DNA from: an uncultured Actinomycetota bacterium
GTDB lineage: Bacteria > Actinomycetota > Actinomycetes > Prado026
Assembly: GCA_963771835.1 (NCBI GenBank)
Contig: CAVYVA010000001.1
Coordinates: forward strand, 1,077,347 to 1,141,346
DNA length: 64,000 bases
Direction of reading: 5' to 3'
Shown here piece by piece: positions 23,180 to 33,724 of this stretch. The notes under the pieces are model-generated. The model worked only from the letters and a program-made list of their open reading frames with translations. It searched no databases and had not been told where the DNA came from. Within the stretch, counting starts at the first letter, position 1. Each line of letters starts with the position of its first letter. The position numbers were made by a program, and so were the translations under genes.

Positions 23180-24961
23180 GTGGACGAGTACAGGAACGCC
23201 GCCGGCGGTCGTCGGCTGAAGATCCTGCTCCGGCTGGTGCTGTTCTTCGTCGGCTGGTGTGCGGTGGCGGTGGCCGCCTTCGTCGACGCACCCACGAACG
23301 TGGTCTCCCAGGGCGAGGCGCTCGGCTGGCTGACCCTGGTCCTCGTCCTGGGGGCGGCGCTCGCACTGCTGCTGCGGCTGCTGATCCGGGTACCGACCCC
23401 GGGCGAGCCGAGCCCGACGGTGGCGCTGCTGACAGACGAGGACACCGACCCGGACTCCCAGCTGGACGGTCGGCGCCGGCTGATCTCCGCAGAGTTCGAC
23501 AACGCCGAGGCCAGCTACTCCGGCGACGAGATCGCCAGCCTGCTGCACACCATCGTGCACGCGAGATCGGGGACCAGGCGAGTCACCGAGAAGCTCACCC
23601 TGCACGACGAGTACATCGTCAGCTCGACGATCCGCGAGATGGTGCTCCCGCCCGACCCGGACCGAGCCTCGGTCTCGGTGCTGGTACCGATCCTGCGCAG
23701 TCGCAAGGGCATCATCAACGACGGCGTGACCACCACGGCCGAGGGCGGCAGCGCACGGGTGCTGACGTACCGGGAGACGATCGGGGTCCTGGCCGTGACC
23801 ATCGACCGGCTGTACCGCAGCGCCTACGTCGCGGCGCCGTCGATCACCCAACGGCAGCGGGCGGTCGTGGCCGCCGCCTGGGCTGTCGCCTTCTCCCAGC
23901 ACCGCGGCCGCGCCGCCCGCATCCGGGACGTGATCGAGCAGGCGGACGTGTGCGGCGCGGCGGTGAGCCCGGACCGCCGGTCCGAGCTGATCCACCTGCT
24001 GAACGCGCTGTCCGGCTCGACGTTCCTGGTCGCGCACGTGTCCGGCGCCCCGGGCACCTGCGTCGAGGTGACGCTGACGCGTTCAGAGCGGCGGACCGAC
24101 CATCTGCGCGGATTCCTCGACCAGGTCCGGATCTTCCTCGGGTTGCGCGTCCGCACGTATCTCCTCCCGCTCCCGCACCTGTTCACGGCCCCGAGCGTCC
24201 ACGTCGAGGCGACGGCGCCGGACGGGCTGTACCTGGCCGGTCGGCAGGTCCTCGTCCAGGCCGCGCGCGACACCATGCCCATCACCCCCGTGGTGGCCTC
24301 CGCGGCCAGGGAACCGATCGCCGCGTTCTCCGACACCCTGGGTCTGGCCACCGTGCACCTGCTCGCCCGCGACCTGGACTACAAGACGCTCACGGCACGG
24401 ACCGGGGCGCCCGCGACGACGGACCCGCGCGGGGTCCGCGCCAGGCCGGTCTCCGCCTTCATGGCCCTGGACTTCCGCGAGGTCCCGCCCGGCCTGCTCG
24501 GGCCGATCACCCTGCTGTCGAGCGCTCTCACGTTCCTGGTGTGGCTCATCGGCTACCACCACGACCAGGTGTTCGGCTCGGTCGACCCGTCCGGGGCCGT
24601 GGGTGGCAAGGTGGGCCTGGTCACCCTGGCCCTGAGCGTCCCGGCGATCCTGTCCGGGTGGCTGGTCTCGCGCTTCGACGAGAAGGCGCTGAAGCGCTCC
24701 TCGCTCGCCACGATCATCGCCATGCTGACCCTGCTGCTGATCAGTGTCGGGGCGGTCTCGCTGGCCGCGATCAAGGCATCGGTACAGCTGGCCGACACTC
24801 GGGACCTCGACGTGTTCGGCGTCTTCCACGTGCACGTCTCGCACCCGCACTGGGCCCTGCTGATGGTCGCCGCGCTGGCCCACACGCTGCTGTGCCTGGC
24901 ACACCTGCTCGCCCGGCACCGTCGCTACGTGTCGCTGCTGAAGTCCACTCCGACCCTCTGA
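23180..24961 (+). CDS. hypothetical integral membrane protein, 593 aa (2 N-terminal TM, ~370-aa soluble middle, 4 C-terminal TM); no family recognised
   Basis: Long intact ORF with host-like GC3-rich codon usage. Hydrophobic helices by eye are LLRLVLFFVGWCAVAVAAFV, LGWLTLVLVLGAALALLLRLLI, ITLLSSALTFLVWLIGY, VGLVTLALSVPAILSGWLV, LATIIAMLTLLLISVGAVSLAAI and WALLMVAALAHTLLCLAHLLA. Start GTG 23180 is not certain. Confidence 0.75.
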   Translation: MDEYRNAAGGRRLKILLRLVLFFVGWCAVAVAAFVDAPTNVVSQGEALGWLTLVLVLGAALALLLRLLIRVPTPGEPSPTVALLTDEDTDPDSQLDGRRRLISAEFDNAEASYSGDEIASLLHTIVHARSGTRRVTEKLTLHDEYIVSSTIREMVLPPDPDRASVSVLVPILRSRKGIINDGVTTTAEGGSARVLTYRETIGVLAVTIDRLYRSAYVAAPSITQRQRAVVAAAWAVAFSQHRGRAARIRDVIEQADVCGAAVSPDRRSELIHLLNALSGSTFLVAHVSGAPGTCVEVTLTRSERRTDHLRGFLDQVRIFLGLRVRTYLLPLPHLFTAPSVHVEATAPDGLYLAGRQVLVQAARDTMPITPVVASAAREPIAAFSDTLGLATVHLLARDLDYKTLTARTGAPATTDPRGVRARPVSAFMALDFREVPPGLLGPITLLSSALTFLVWLIGYHHDQVFGSVDPSGAVGGKVGLVTLALSVPAILSGWLVSRFDEKALKRSSLATIIAMLTLLLISVGAVSLAAIKASVQLADTRDLDVFGVFHVHVSHPHWALLMVAALAHTLLCLAHLLARHRRYVSLLKSTPTL

Positions 24962-24972
24962 CAGGATGCGCC

Positions 24973-25329
24973 ATGGCCGCACACGAGTCCGCCCGCACGC
25001 AGGACGTCGTCTTCATGCTGGTCGACCTGGCCGCGGAGGACGACGCGGCGGAGGCCCACGCTCACGAGTCGATCGACGACTACCTGCACGAGCACCGGGA
25101 CGACCTCTTCCTGGCCTCGTACTCCGACGCGTTCTCCAGCGACAGCTTCGAACGTCCGACGCAGGAGCTGACCACGGCCGAGACCGCCAGGTTCTTCAAG
25201 GACATCGGGTCGGCGCACGCCAGGGCCAGAGCCGAACGCGAGGCGCCGGGGTACGACTCGCGCTGGAGCGCCGTGTGGTCCATGGTCGACGCCATCGTCA
25301 CCCGTGAGGTCCCGGCCACGGGTCGCTAG
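24973..25329 (+). CDS. hypothetical small acidic protein, 118 aa; no family recognised
   Basis: ATG at 24973, 11 nt after the upstream stop. Asp/Glu/His-rich N-half (LAAEDDAAEAHAHESIDDYLHEHRDDLF). GC3-rich codons. Its stop overlaps the convergent ftsY stop at CTAG 25326-25329. Confidence 0.65.
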   Translation: MAAHESARTQDVVFMLVDLAAEDDAAEAHAHESIDDYLHEHRDDLFLASYSDAFSSDSFERPTQELTTAETARFFKDIGSAHARARAEREAPGYDSRWSAVWSMVDAIVTREVPATGR

Positions 25330-26432
25330 TCGAGCAGGGCGTCGACGAACGCCTCGGGGTCGAACGGCGCGAGGTCGTCCACGCCCTCGCCGAGCCCGAC
25401 GAGCTTGACCGGAACGCCCAGCTCGCGCTGCACCGCGACGACGATCCCACCCTTCGCGGTGCCGTCCAGCTTGGTCAGCACGATCCCGGTGACGTCGACG
25501 ACCTCGGCGAACACGCGCGCCTGCTGCAGCCCGTTCTGACCGGTCGTCGCGTCCAGCACCAGCAGCACCTCGGTGACCGCGGCCTGCTTCTCGACCACGC
25601 GCTTGACCTTGCCGAGCTCGTCCATCAGCCCGGTCTTCGTGTGCAGCCGTCCGGCCGTGTCGACGAGGACGACGTCGACCGCGCCGTCGATCCCGGCCTG
25701 CACCGCCTGGAACGCGACGCTGGCCGGGTCGGCGCCCTCGGCGCCGCGCACCGTCCGCACCCCGACCCGCTCCCCCCAGGTCTGGAGCTGTTCGGCAGCG
25801 GCGGCGCGGAAGGTGTCGGCTGCGCCGAGCAGGACGGTCCGACCGTCCGCCACGATCACGCGCGCGAGCTTGCCGGTGGTGGTGGTCTTGCCGGTCCCGT
25901 TGACACCGACGACGAGCACCACCGCCGGTACCCCGGGCGCGCCGGTCAGAGCCAGGGACCGGTCCAGCGCCGGGTCGACGAGCGCGACCAGCTCCGCCCG
26001 CAGCAGGCCCCGGACGCGTCCGGGATCGCCGGCTCCCTGGGTCCGCATCTGCTCGCGCAGCCGGCCCAGCAGCTCGTTGGTCGGTCCGACACCGAGGTCG
26101 GACAGGAGCAGGGTCTCCTCGACCTCGTCCCACGTCCCCGCGTCGACGCTGTCGCGCGAGAGCAGCTGGACCAGGCCGGAGCCCAGAGTGGTGCCGGACC
26201 GGGCCAGCCGCCCGCGCAGCCGCGCGAACCGTCCGGCCGCCGGCTCGGGCGTCTCCGCGACCGGCTCGACGGCGGCTTCCGGGGCAGGCGCGGCGACCTG
26301 GGTGGCCGTGGGCTGCGCGGCGGGCCCCGGTGCGGCAGCCGGCGGCCGACCGCGGCGGCGACCGACCAGCGCGACCCCGCCGACCAGGAGCAGCGCCAGC
26401 ACGACGAGGGCGATCAGGACGGTGGCGCTCAC
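25326..26432 (-). CDS. ftsY: signal recognition particle receptor FtsY
   Basis: Intact 368 aa. N-terminal TM plus Pro/Ala-rich linker, then the NG domain (GVNGTGKTTTTGKLA, DTAGRLHT, TKLDGTAKGG). Confidence 0.95.
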   Translation of the reverse strand: MSATVLIALVVLALLLVGGVALVGRRRGRPPAAAPGPAAQPTATQVAAPAPEAAVEPVAETPEPAAGRFARLRGRLARSGTTLGSGLVQLLSRDSVDAGTWDEVEETLLLSDLGVGPTNELLGRLREQMRTQGAGDPGRVRGLLRAELVALVDPALDRSLALTGAPGVPAVVLVVGVNGTGKTTTTGKLARVIVADGRTVLLGAADTFRAAAAEQLQTWGERVGVRTVRGAEGADPASVAFQAVQAGIDGAVDVVLVDTAGRLHTKTGLMDELGKVKRVVEKQAAVTEVLLVLDATTGQNGLQQARVFAEVVDVTGIVLTKLDGTAKGGIVVAVQRELGVPVKLVGLGEGVDDLAPFDPEAFVDALLD

Positions 26433-26462
26433 GGCGCGAGTCTGCCAGTCACCGAGCCGAGC

Positions 26463-29400
26463 TCACGCGGGCTGTTCCTCGCGCAGCCGCTGGCTGATCA
26501 CGCTGGTGACGCCGTCGCCGCGCATGGTCACGCCGTACAGGGCGTCGGCGACCTCCATGGTCGTCTTCTGGTGCGTGATCACGATGAGCTGGCTGGACTC
26601 GCGCAGCTCCTCGAACAGCGTCAGCAGCCGCCCGAGGTTGGTGTCGTCGAGCGCGGCCTCGACCTCGTCCATGACGTAGAAGGGGCTCGGCCGGGCCTTG
26701 AAGATCGCGACCAGCAGCGCGACCGCGACCAGCGAGCGCTCGCCGCCCGACAGCAACGAGAGCCGCTTGACCTTCTTGCCAGGCGGGCGCGCCTCGACCT
26801 CGATGCCGGTCGTGAGCATGTCGTCGGGATCGGTGAGCACCAGCCGGCCCTCGCCGCCGGGGAACAGGCGCGCGAAGACGGCCTCGAACTCGCGCGCGGT
26901 GTCGTGGTAGGCCGCCGTGAACACCTGCTCGACCCGCTCGTCGACCTCGCGGACGATGTCGAGCAGGTCGCGGCGGGTCTTCTTCAGGTCCTCGAGCTGC
27001 TCGGTGAGGAACTGGTGCCGCTCCTCGAGCGCGGAGAACTCCTCCAGCGCCAACGGGTTCACCCTGCCCAGCAGCGCGAGCGCGCGCTCGGCGCTGCGGG
27101 CTCGCTTCTCCTGCTCGGTGCGCACGTACGGCACGGGGTCGGCCGGCTGCGCGTCCGGGTCTGCGTCCGGCTCCGGCAGCGACGGCGGGACCAGCTGGTC
27201 CGGGCCGTACTCGTCCAGGAGCGTCTGCGGGTCGACGCCGAGCTCCTCGATGGCCTTCGCCTCGAGCGTCTCGATCCGCAGCCGCTGCTCGGTCCTGGCC
27301 ATCTCGTCGCGGTGCACCGAGTCGGTGAGCGAGTCAAGCTCGGCGGCCAGCTCGCGGGCCCTGGTCCGGACTCCGGCCAGCTCGCCGTCGGCGGCCGTCC
27401 GCTCGTCCTCGGCGGCCGATCGCTCGGACGCCGCGGCCTGCAGCGACAGCTCCAGCCGGGCCAGCGAGACCACCACCGCCCGGGACACGGCCCCCGCGAC
27501 CGCCAGCTCGCGCACCCGCCGTTCGCGCCGCTCGACGGCGCGCTCGCGCGCCGCGCGCTCCTCCGCGGCCGACCGTTCCAGCGCCTCCGCGCGACCGGCG
27601 AGCGCGCGGGCGCGCTCCTCACCCGTCCGCACGGTCAGCCGGGCCTCGACCTCGGCCTGCCGCGCTGTCGACGCCGCGACCGCGAGCGCGTCCCGACGGT
27701 CGGCGGCCGGCGCGACCTCGGACGGGACCTGCTCGGCCTCGTCCAGGCGCTCCTGCAGCTCGTCCACCGCGTCGCGGTCGGCCCGCACCGCATCGTTGGC
27801 GGCGGTGAGGGCCGCCTGCAGCCGGTCGGCCTCGCCGGTCGCCGCCCGCGCCGCCGCCCCCAGCTGCCCGAGCTGCTCGGCCACCGCGGCGAGCCGCGCG
27901 TCGGACTCGTGCAGCCGCGCGAGCGCGGCCTCGCACCGGTCGGACGCCTCCTGCCGCTGCTGGATCGCCGCCGCCAGCTCGAACCGCACCCGCTCGGCCC
28001 GGTGCGCCGCGGACTCCAGCCGGACCTCCGCCTCGTCGACGGCGGCGCGCACCTCGAGCAGCGACGGGGCCGACGACGAGCCCGCCGTGCGCGAAGCCGG
28101 CCGACAGCACGTCGCCGTCCCGGGTCACGACCGTGAGCTCGGGACGCGCCCGGAGCACCTCGCGGGCCGCCCGCAGGTCGTCCACCACCACGGTCGAGGC
28201 CAGCACCCGTCGCACCGCCGCCGCGACGTGCGCGGGCGCCTGGACCAGGTCCGGCGCGGCGACCGCGCCGGCCGGAAGTCCGGCCAGCACCGCCGGGACG
28301 GTCGCTGCGGGCGTCGCTCCCGACGAGCAGCGGCGCCCGACCGGCGTCGTCGTCCTTGAGCAGCCGCAGCGCCCCGACGGCGGCGTCCAGGCCGTCCACG
28401 GCGACCGCGTCGGCCGCCGTTCCCAGGGCCGCCGCGAGCGCCGCCTCGTACCCCGGCCGTACCGTGACCAGCGCGGCGACGGAACCGAGCACGCCGCTGA
28501 GCCGGTCGCCGGCCGCCAGCAGCGCGGCCGAACCGTCCTTGCGGGCGAGGCTGAGCTCGAGCGCCTCTTTGCGAGCGGTGAGGGCAGCCCGGTCGCGCTC
28601 CGCCTCGCGCTCCTCCTGGCGCAGCTGGACGACCTGCCCCTGCGCCGCCTCGTACGCGGCCGCGGCCTGCTCGTGCTCGGTGTCCAGGCCGATCTCGCCC
28701 TCGTCCAGGCCGGCGACCCGCGACTCCAGGGCGACGAACTCCTCGTGCGCCACCCGGGCCCGCTCGCGGGCCTCCTCCAGGGCAGTGGCCAGCCGGCCGA
28801 TCTCGGCCTCGCGCGTCTCCAGCCGGGTCCGGGCCGCGCCCACCTGGCCGACGAGCCGGGCCAGACCCTCGCGCCGGTCGGCGTGGGCGCGCTCGGCCGA
28901 CGCCACCCGACGCTCCTCGGCGACCAGCTCGTCCTCGGCGGCGGTGCGGACGGCCACCGCCGCCGCGAGCCGCTCGCGGTCCTGCTCGACCTCGGCGACC
29001 AGCGCGGCCTCCTCGGCGCGCACCCTCGCCGCGGCGGCGTCCAGCTCGACCGGGTCACGTCCGGGCCGGTCGTCCTCGGGCTCGGTGGCCAGGATCCGCA
29101 GCCGCTGGTCGGCCATCCCGGCGGTGCCGCGCAGCCGCTCCCGCACACCGTTGAGCCGGTACCAGACCTCCTGCGCCCTGGCCACGGCCGGCGCCCGCTC
29201 GGCCGCAGCGGCCTCCAGCTCCGCCTCGCGCGCCTGCGCCGTCGCGAGCGCCGCCTCGACCTGAGCCCTGCGCTCGCGCAGGGCCGTCTCGTCGGCGACC
29301 TCCTGCTCCAGCGCGGTCCGCAGCACGAGCAGGTCGTCGGCCATCAGCCGCAGCCGCGCGTCGCGCAGGTCGGCCTGCACCACGCTCGCCCGCCGGGCCA

Positions 29401-30031
29401 CCTCGGCCTGCTTGCCGAGCGGCTTGAGCTGGCGGCGCAGCTCGGCGGTCAGGTCCGAGACCCGGGTCATGTTCGCCTGCATCGCCTCGAGCTTGCGCAG
29501 CGCCTTCTCTTTGCGCTTGCGGTGCTTGAGGACGCCCGCGGCCTCCTCGATGAACCCGCGCCGGTCCTCCGGGGTGGCGGACAGGATCTGGTCCAGCTGC
29601 CCCTGACCGACGATCACGTGCATCTCGCGGCCGATGCCGGAGTCGGACAGGAGCTCCTGCACGTCCAGCAGGCGGCACGACTCGCCGTTGATGGCGTACT
29701 CCGAGCCGCCGTTGCGGAACATGATCCGCGAGAGCGTGACCTCGGCGTAGTCGATGGGCAGCTGCCCGTCGCTGTTGTCGATGGTGAGCAGGACCTCGGC
29801 CCGGCCCAGCGGCGGCCGCCCGGACGTGCCGGCGAAGATGACGTCCTCCATCTTGCCGCCGCGCAGGCTCTTGGCGCCCTGCTCGCCCATGACCCAGGCC
29901 AGCGCGTCCACGACGTTGGACTTGCCGGAGCCGTTCGGGCCGACGACGCAGGTGATCCCCGGCTCGAAGCGCAGGGTCGTGGACGAGGCGAAGGACTTGA
30001 AGCCGCGCAGGGTCAGGCTCTTCAGGTGCAC
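26463..30031 (-). pseudogene. smc: chromosome segregation protein SMC; frame broken twice in the hinge region
   Basis: The N-terminal head is MHLKSLTLRGFKSFASSTTLRFEPGITCVVGPNGSGKSNV, followed by coiled coil to ...LLVGSDA. The hinge piece is TPAATVPAVLAGLP...VVTRDGDVLSAGFAHGG. The C-terminal half starts SSSAPSLLEVRAAV and carries the signature motif LSGGERSLVAVALLVAIF and Walker B FYVMDEVEAALD. Frame switches are at ~28315 and ~28093. Confidence 0.92.
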
Positions 30032-30219
30032 GGTGGAGGCGCTCCTGCGGGTAGCCGTCGGACGCAGGGTCGACGCGACGGGGCGGGGGTCGGGGAAGAC
30101 CGCCGCCAGACTACCGGGCGGTACGCGCGGGCTGGATCCGCCGCGCCCGGAAAGCCCGGCCCGCGCGGGCCCGTGAGGGGGGCGGGCGGCGCGCGCGGGG
30201 GGCCGGGCTCGTCCGGTGT

Positions 30220-30414
30220 CTAGGTGAGGACGGGCTCGCGGTCGCTGACCGAGAGGACCTGGTCCTCGGCGAGCACCGCGGTCAGTGCGTCGTTCACGGC
30301 GTGGAGCCGGTCGACCTCGGCCTCGAGGTCGCGTACGCGGCCACGGAGCCGCGCGATCTCAGCGAGGACAACGGGGTCCGGGCCGCCGAGGTATCCGAGC
30401 AGGGCCTTCGCCAT
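30220..30414 (-). CDS. hypothetical small coiled-coil protein, 64 aa
   Basis: ATG at 30414 is preceded by AAGGA 8 nt upstream. GC3-rich codons. Heptad-like LAEIARLRGRVRDLEAEVDRLHAVNDALTAVL. No family recognised. Confidence 0.6.
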   Translation of the reverse strand: MAKALLGYLGGPDPVVLAEIARLRGRVRDLEAEVDRLHAVNDALTAVLAEDQVLSVSDREPVLT

Positions 30415-30641
30415 CGAGGGTCCTTACCGGGTCACGGTGCCGGTTTCCGGCACACAGGGCTGGTCATGAGGGGCGCGCGCGGAGCCGGGGCTCCGGCGGC
30501 TGAGGGACAGCGGGTGGAGCATGTCGCCCGAAGGCGACCCGGGACAGCGGGAGGAACTGTCCCACGTACTCAGGCCAGGGTGGCACCAGGTCACGAAACG
30601 GTCAACACCGCCGCGCAGCCGGTCACTCGAACGGGTCAGGC

Positions 30642-30914
30642 TCATCGCTCGGCGAACCCGGGCGGCACGCCCTGGGCCGCACCCCAGCGCTCGGTCAGCC
30701 CGGTGACCCGGCCCGGACCGGCGCCCGACCCGAGCGCCGCGAGCAGCCGCTCGCAGGCCTCGCGCGGACCCTCCGCCACCACCTCGACGCGGCCGTCCTC
30801 GAGGTTGGCCGCCCAGCCGCTCAGACCCAGCTCGAGCGCCGTCGCCCTGGCCCACCAGCGAAAGCCCACCCCCTGGACCCGGCCGCGCACCCAGACCGTC
30901 AGCCGTACGTCCAC
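30642..30914 (-). CDS. acyP: acylphosphatase
   Basis: GTG at 30914. [47 protein letters not shown]. 90 aa. Confidence 0.88.
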   Translation of the reverse strand: MDVRLTVWVRGRVQGVGFRWWARATALELGLSGWAANLEDGRVEVVAEGPREACERLLAALGSGAGPGRVTGLTERWGAAQGVPPGFAER

Positions 30915-30945
30915 GACCGGCGAGGCTAGCCGCCAGACTGGGCGG

Positions 30946-31137
30946 GTGACCGTCCTCGCCGCGAACCCGTGCCAGCTGGTGTGCGACTGGTCCGCGACCG
31001 GGGACCGGCGCGACGGGCTGGCCCTGTTCCGGTGCTCCGCGTGCCGGTCCGAGTGGGTGCGCACCGAGGCCTGGACGCCGGCGCGCGCCGACGGCACCGT
31101 CTCCGCCGAGGTCGCCGCCGAGGCCGCCCGCCGCTGA
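30946..31137 (+). CDS. hypothetical small zinc-ribbon-like protein, 63 aa
   Basis: From GTG 30946 nearly every codon ends in G/C. Cys pairs CQLVC...(17 aa)...CSAC. It sits in the gap between acyP and mutM on the opposite strand. Confidence 0.5.
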   Translation: MTVLAANPCQLVCDWSATGDRRDGLALFRCSACRSEWVRTEAWTPARADGTVSAEVAAEAARR

Positions 31138-31174
31138 CCTCGCGGGAGCGCGCGGCCCGGCGGGCGGCGCGCAC

Positions 31175-32029
31175 TCACCAGCGGCCGTGGCGCGGTCTGG
31201 GCTGGCAGCGCGGGCAGGTGAACGACGAGCGGTTCATGAACGGGTCGCGGCGGATCGGGGCGCCGCAGCGAGGGCACGGCCTCCCCTCCTGCCCGTACGC
31301 GTCCAGCGACCGGTCGAAGTAGCCGCTGCGCCCGTTCACGTCGACGTACAGCGAGTCGAACGACGTGCCACCGTCGGCGAGCGCCTCGTCCATCACCGTG
31401 CGGACGTGGCCCAGCAGCCGGTCGATCTCGGGACGGCGCAACGTGTCCGTGGCTCTGGCGTAGTGCAGCCGGGAGCGCCACAGCGCCTCGTCGGCGTAGA
31501 TGTTGCCGACACCGGAGACCAGCGACTGGTCCAGCAGCGCGCGCTTGACGCCGGTGCGCCGGCGCCGCAGCGCCGCGGCGAACGCGACGTCGTCGAACTC
31601 GGGGTCGAGCGGGTCCCTGGCGATGTGCGCGACCGGTGCGGGCACGCCGTCGCCGTCGGTGCGCTCGACGGACAGGCCGCCGAAGGTGCGCTGGTCGACG
31701 AACCTCAGGTCGTGGCCGTCGTCCAGCGCCAGCCGTACCCGCAGGTGCACTTCGTCCGGCGCCCCGGACGGCTGCACCAGCAGCTGGCCGGACATCCCCA
31801 GGTGGGCGAGCAGGGCCTCGCCGGAGTCCAGCGGCAGCCACAGGTACTTCCCGCGCCGGTCGGTTGCCAGCACGCGGCGGCCGGCCAGCCGGCCGGCGAA
31901 GTCCGCGGCACCCGGCAGGTGCCGGCGGACCGCGCGAGGGTGCCGTACCTCGACGTCCCGGACGGTGCGACCGACGACCCAGCGCTGCAGACCGCGGCGC
32001 ACCACCTCGACCTCGGGCAGCTCGGGCAT
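31175..32029 (-). CDS. mutM: formamidopyrimidine-DNA glycosylase
   Basis: ATG at 32029. [14 protein letters not shown]..., H2TH region, and C-terminal zinc finger [25 protein letters not shown]. 284 aa. Confidence 0.93.
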   Translation of the reverse strand: MPELPEVEVVRRGLQRWVVGRTVRDVEVRHPRAVRRHLPGAADFAGRLAGRRVLATDRRGKYLWLPLDSGEALLAHLGMSGQLLVQPSGAPDEVHLRVRLALDDGHDLRFVDQRTFGGLSVERTDGDGVPAPVAHIARDPLDPEFDDVAFAAALRRRRTGVKRALLDQSLVSGVGNIYADEALWRSRLHYARATDTLRRPEIDRLLGHVRTVMDEALADGGTSFDSLYVDVNGRSGYFDRSLDAYGQEGRPCPRCGAPIRRDPFMNRSSFTCPRCQPRPRHGRW

Positions 32030-32043
32030 GACGTGCGGCCGCG

Positions 32044-32740
32044 TCAGCCGCGGGCGGCGCGCAGCGAGTGCCACGCGGCCGACGCGGCCTCCTGCTCGGC
32101 TTCCTTCTTGCTGCGCCCCGTGCCGGACCCGCGGTCCTCGCCGGCCACGCGGACCACGGCGGTGAAGAACTTCTCGTGGTCGGGACCCTCGTCCCAGATC
32201 TGGTACTCGGGTACGCCGAGGCCGTCGTTGGCGGTCAGCTCCTGGAGCGAGGTCTTCCAGTCCAGCCCGGCCCCGAGTCCGGCCGCGGAGTCGATGACCG
32301 GGTCGAACAGCCGGTGCACCAGCACCTCGCTCGGCGGACAGGCCCAGGTCGACGTACACCGCGCCGAGCACGGCCTCGACGGTGTCGGCCAGGATCGACC
32401 CCTTGTTGCGCCCGCCGGTGGACTCCTCCCCCCGACCCAGCCGCAGGAACTCCCCGAGCCCGAGGTCGCGACCGACGTCGGCCAGCGCCTTGGCGTTGAC
32501 CACGGCCGAGCGCAGCTTCGCCAGCTGCCCCTCGGGCAGGTCGGGGTGGGCTCGGTACAGCGTGTCGGTCACCACCAGGCCCAGCACCGCGTCGCCGAGG
32601 AACTCGAGGCGTTCGTTGGTCGGCAGCCCGCCGTTCTCGTACGCGTAGGACCGGTGCGTCAGAGCCCGTTGCAGCAGCCCGGGCTCGACGTTGCACCCCA
32701 GCCGCTCCGACAACGTGGCGTACGGGTGTTCGTCGATCAC
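32044..32740 (-). pseudogene. rnc: ribonuclease III; one frameshift
   Basis: GTG at 32740. The first piece reads [34 protein letters not shown]...[20 protein letters not shown]. The second piece (ORF 32044..32325) reads [15 protein letters not shown]...dsRBD...[13 protein letters not shown]. The frame switch is at ~32340. The N-terminal piece runs in frame into mutM, giving the artefactual 558-aa ORF. Confidence 0.9.
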
Positions 32741-32867
32741 TGGTGAACCTCCACGGCGGGCGGCCCGCCGGCAGCACCGGTCGGGCGGGCACGTGTGCGG
32801 TCCCACAGGAACGAGGTGGACGCCACCCCCAGCCGGTGCGGCGTCGACCACGACCCCAGGGGGCCGA

Positions 32868-33041
32868 TCAGACGGAGAGGACCTGCCGCTTGTTGTACGT
32901 GCCGCAGGTCGGGCAGGCGATGTGCTGGAGCTTCGGCTGCTTGCAACGGTCGCAGGTCGACAGCGCGGGCGCGGTGGTCTTCCACGCCGACCGGCGGTGC
33001 CGGGTGTTGCTGCGCGAGGTCTTCCGCTTGGGGACGGCCAC
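32868..33041 (-). CDS. rpmF: 50S ribosomal protein L32
   Basis: Hand translation from GTG 33041 gives (M)[56 protein letters not shown]. 57 aa, below the ORF-track size cutoff. Confidence 0.9.
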   Translation of the reverse strand: MAVPKRKTSRSNTRHRRSAWKTTAPALSTCDRCKQPKLQHIACPTCGTYNKRQVLSV

Positions 33042-33044
33042 CGG

Positions 33045-33572
33045 TCAGCTCTCTTCCTCGTCGTCGGGTACGCCAGGTGTGTCGATCGTCAGTGCCTGCA
33101 GCGCGGCCCAGCGCGGGTCGCCCTGCTCGTGCACGTGACCCGGGTGGTCGGCCAGCCTGGCCCCGCACTCCGAGCACAGCCCCGGGCAGTCGTCCCGGCA
33201 CACGGGCCGGAACGGGAGCCCGAGGACCACCGCGTCACGCAGCAACGGCTCCAGGTCGAGGTAGTCGCCCTCGAGCCGCCCGGCCTCCTCGTCGTCGATG
33301 TTCTGGTCGGGGTAGTAGTACAGCTCCTGGACCCGGACCTCCTGCTCGGAGGAAACCGGGTCGAGGCAGCGCACGCACTCGCCCTCGACGTGCACCCGTG
33401 CCGTTCCCGTCACGAGCACCCCCTCGACGACCGACTCGAGCCGCAGCTCGAGCTCGACGTCGGACCCCTGGGGGACACCGACCACATCCGTACCGAGCTC
33501 CGCGGGAGCCGGGACGACCCGGCTGACCGAACGCATCGACCCTGGACGGCGGCCGAGGTCGCGGGTGTCCAC
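33045..33572 (-). CDS. YceD/DUF177 family protein
   Basis: 175-aa ORF with CVRCLDP...[13 protein letters not shown] and an acidic C-terminus. Conserved position immediately upstream of rpmF. The exact start is uncertain. Confidence 0.85.
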   Translation of the reverse strand: MDTRDLGRRPGSMRSVSRVVPAPAELGTDVVGVPQGSDVELELRLESVVEGVLVTGTARVHVEGECVRCLDPVSSEQEVRVQELYYYPDQNIDDEEAGRLEGDYLDLEPLLRDAVVLGLPFRPVCRDDCPGLCSECGARLADHPGHVHEQGDPRWAALQALTIDTPGVPDDEEES

Positions 33573-33724
33573 GACGAACGGCGCGCGCGGGTCGAGCCTG
33601 GACAGCCTGGCCTCCGCGGGGCACCACGAACCACGGTCCCGGACGAGACCGAGCGCTCAGGGTACCCGAGCGCCGGCACCCCCGGGAAACGCCGGCGGCG
33701 GGCCGGGCCGGTGGAGCCGTCCGG

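Noticed and set aside
25326-25329. The convergent genes (the acidic protein and ftsY) sharing overlapping stop codons on the palindrome CTAG.
   Set aside because: This is real in the sequence, but it is most simply a coincidence of tight packing. No hairpin or other signal accompanies it.
31175-32851. A 558-aa ORF suggesting an RNase III-MutM fusion, and an 898-aa ORF (13675..16371) suggesting an IclR-AmtB fusion.
   Set aside because: In both cases a frameshift removes the upstream gene's stop. The reading then drifts through junk sequence into the in-frame downstream gene. Each downstream gene has its own start and ribosome-binding context.
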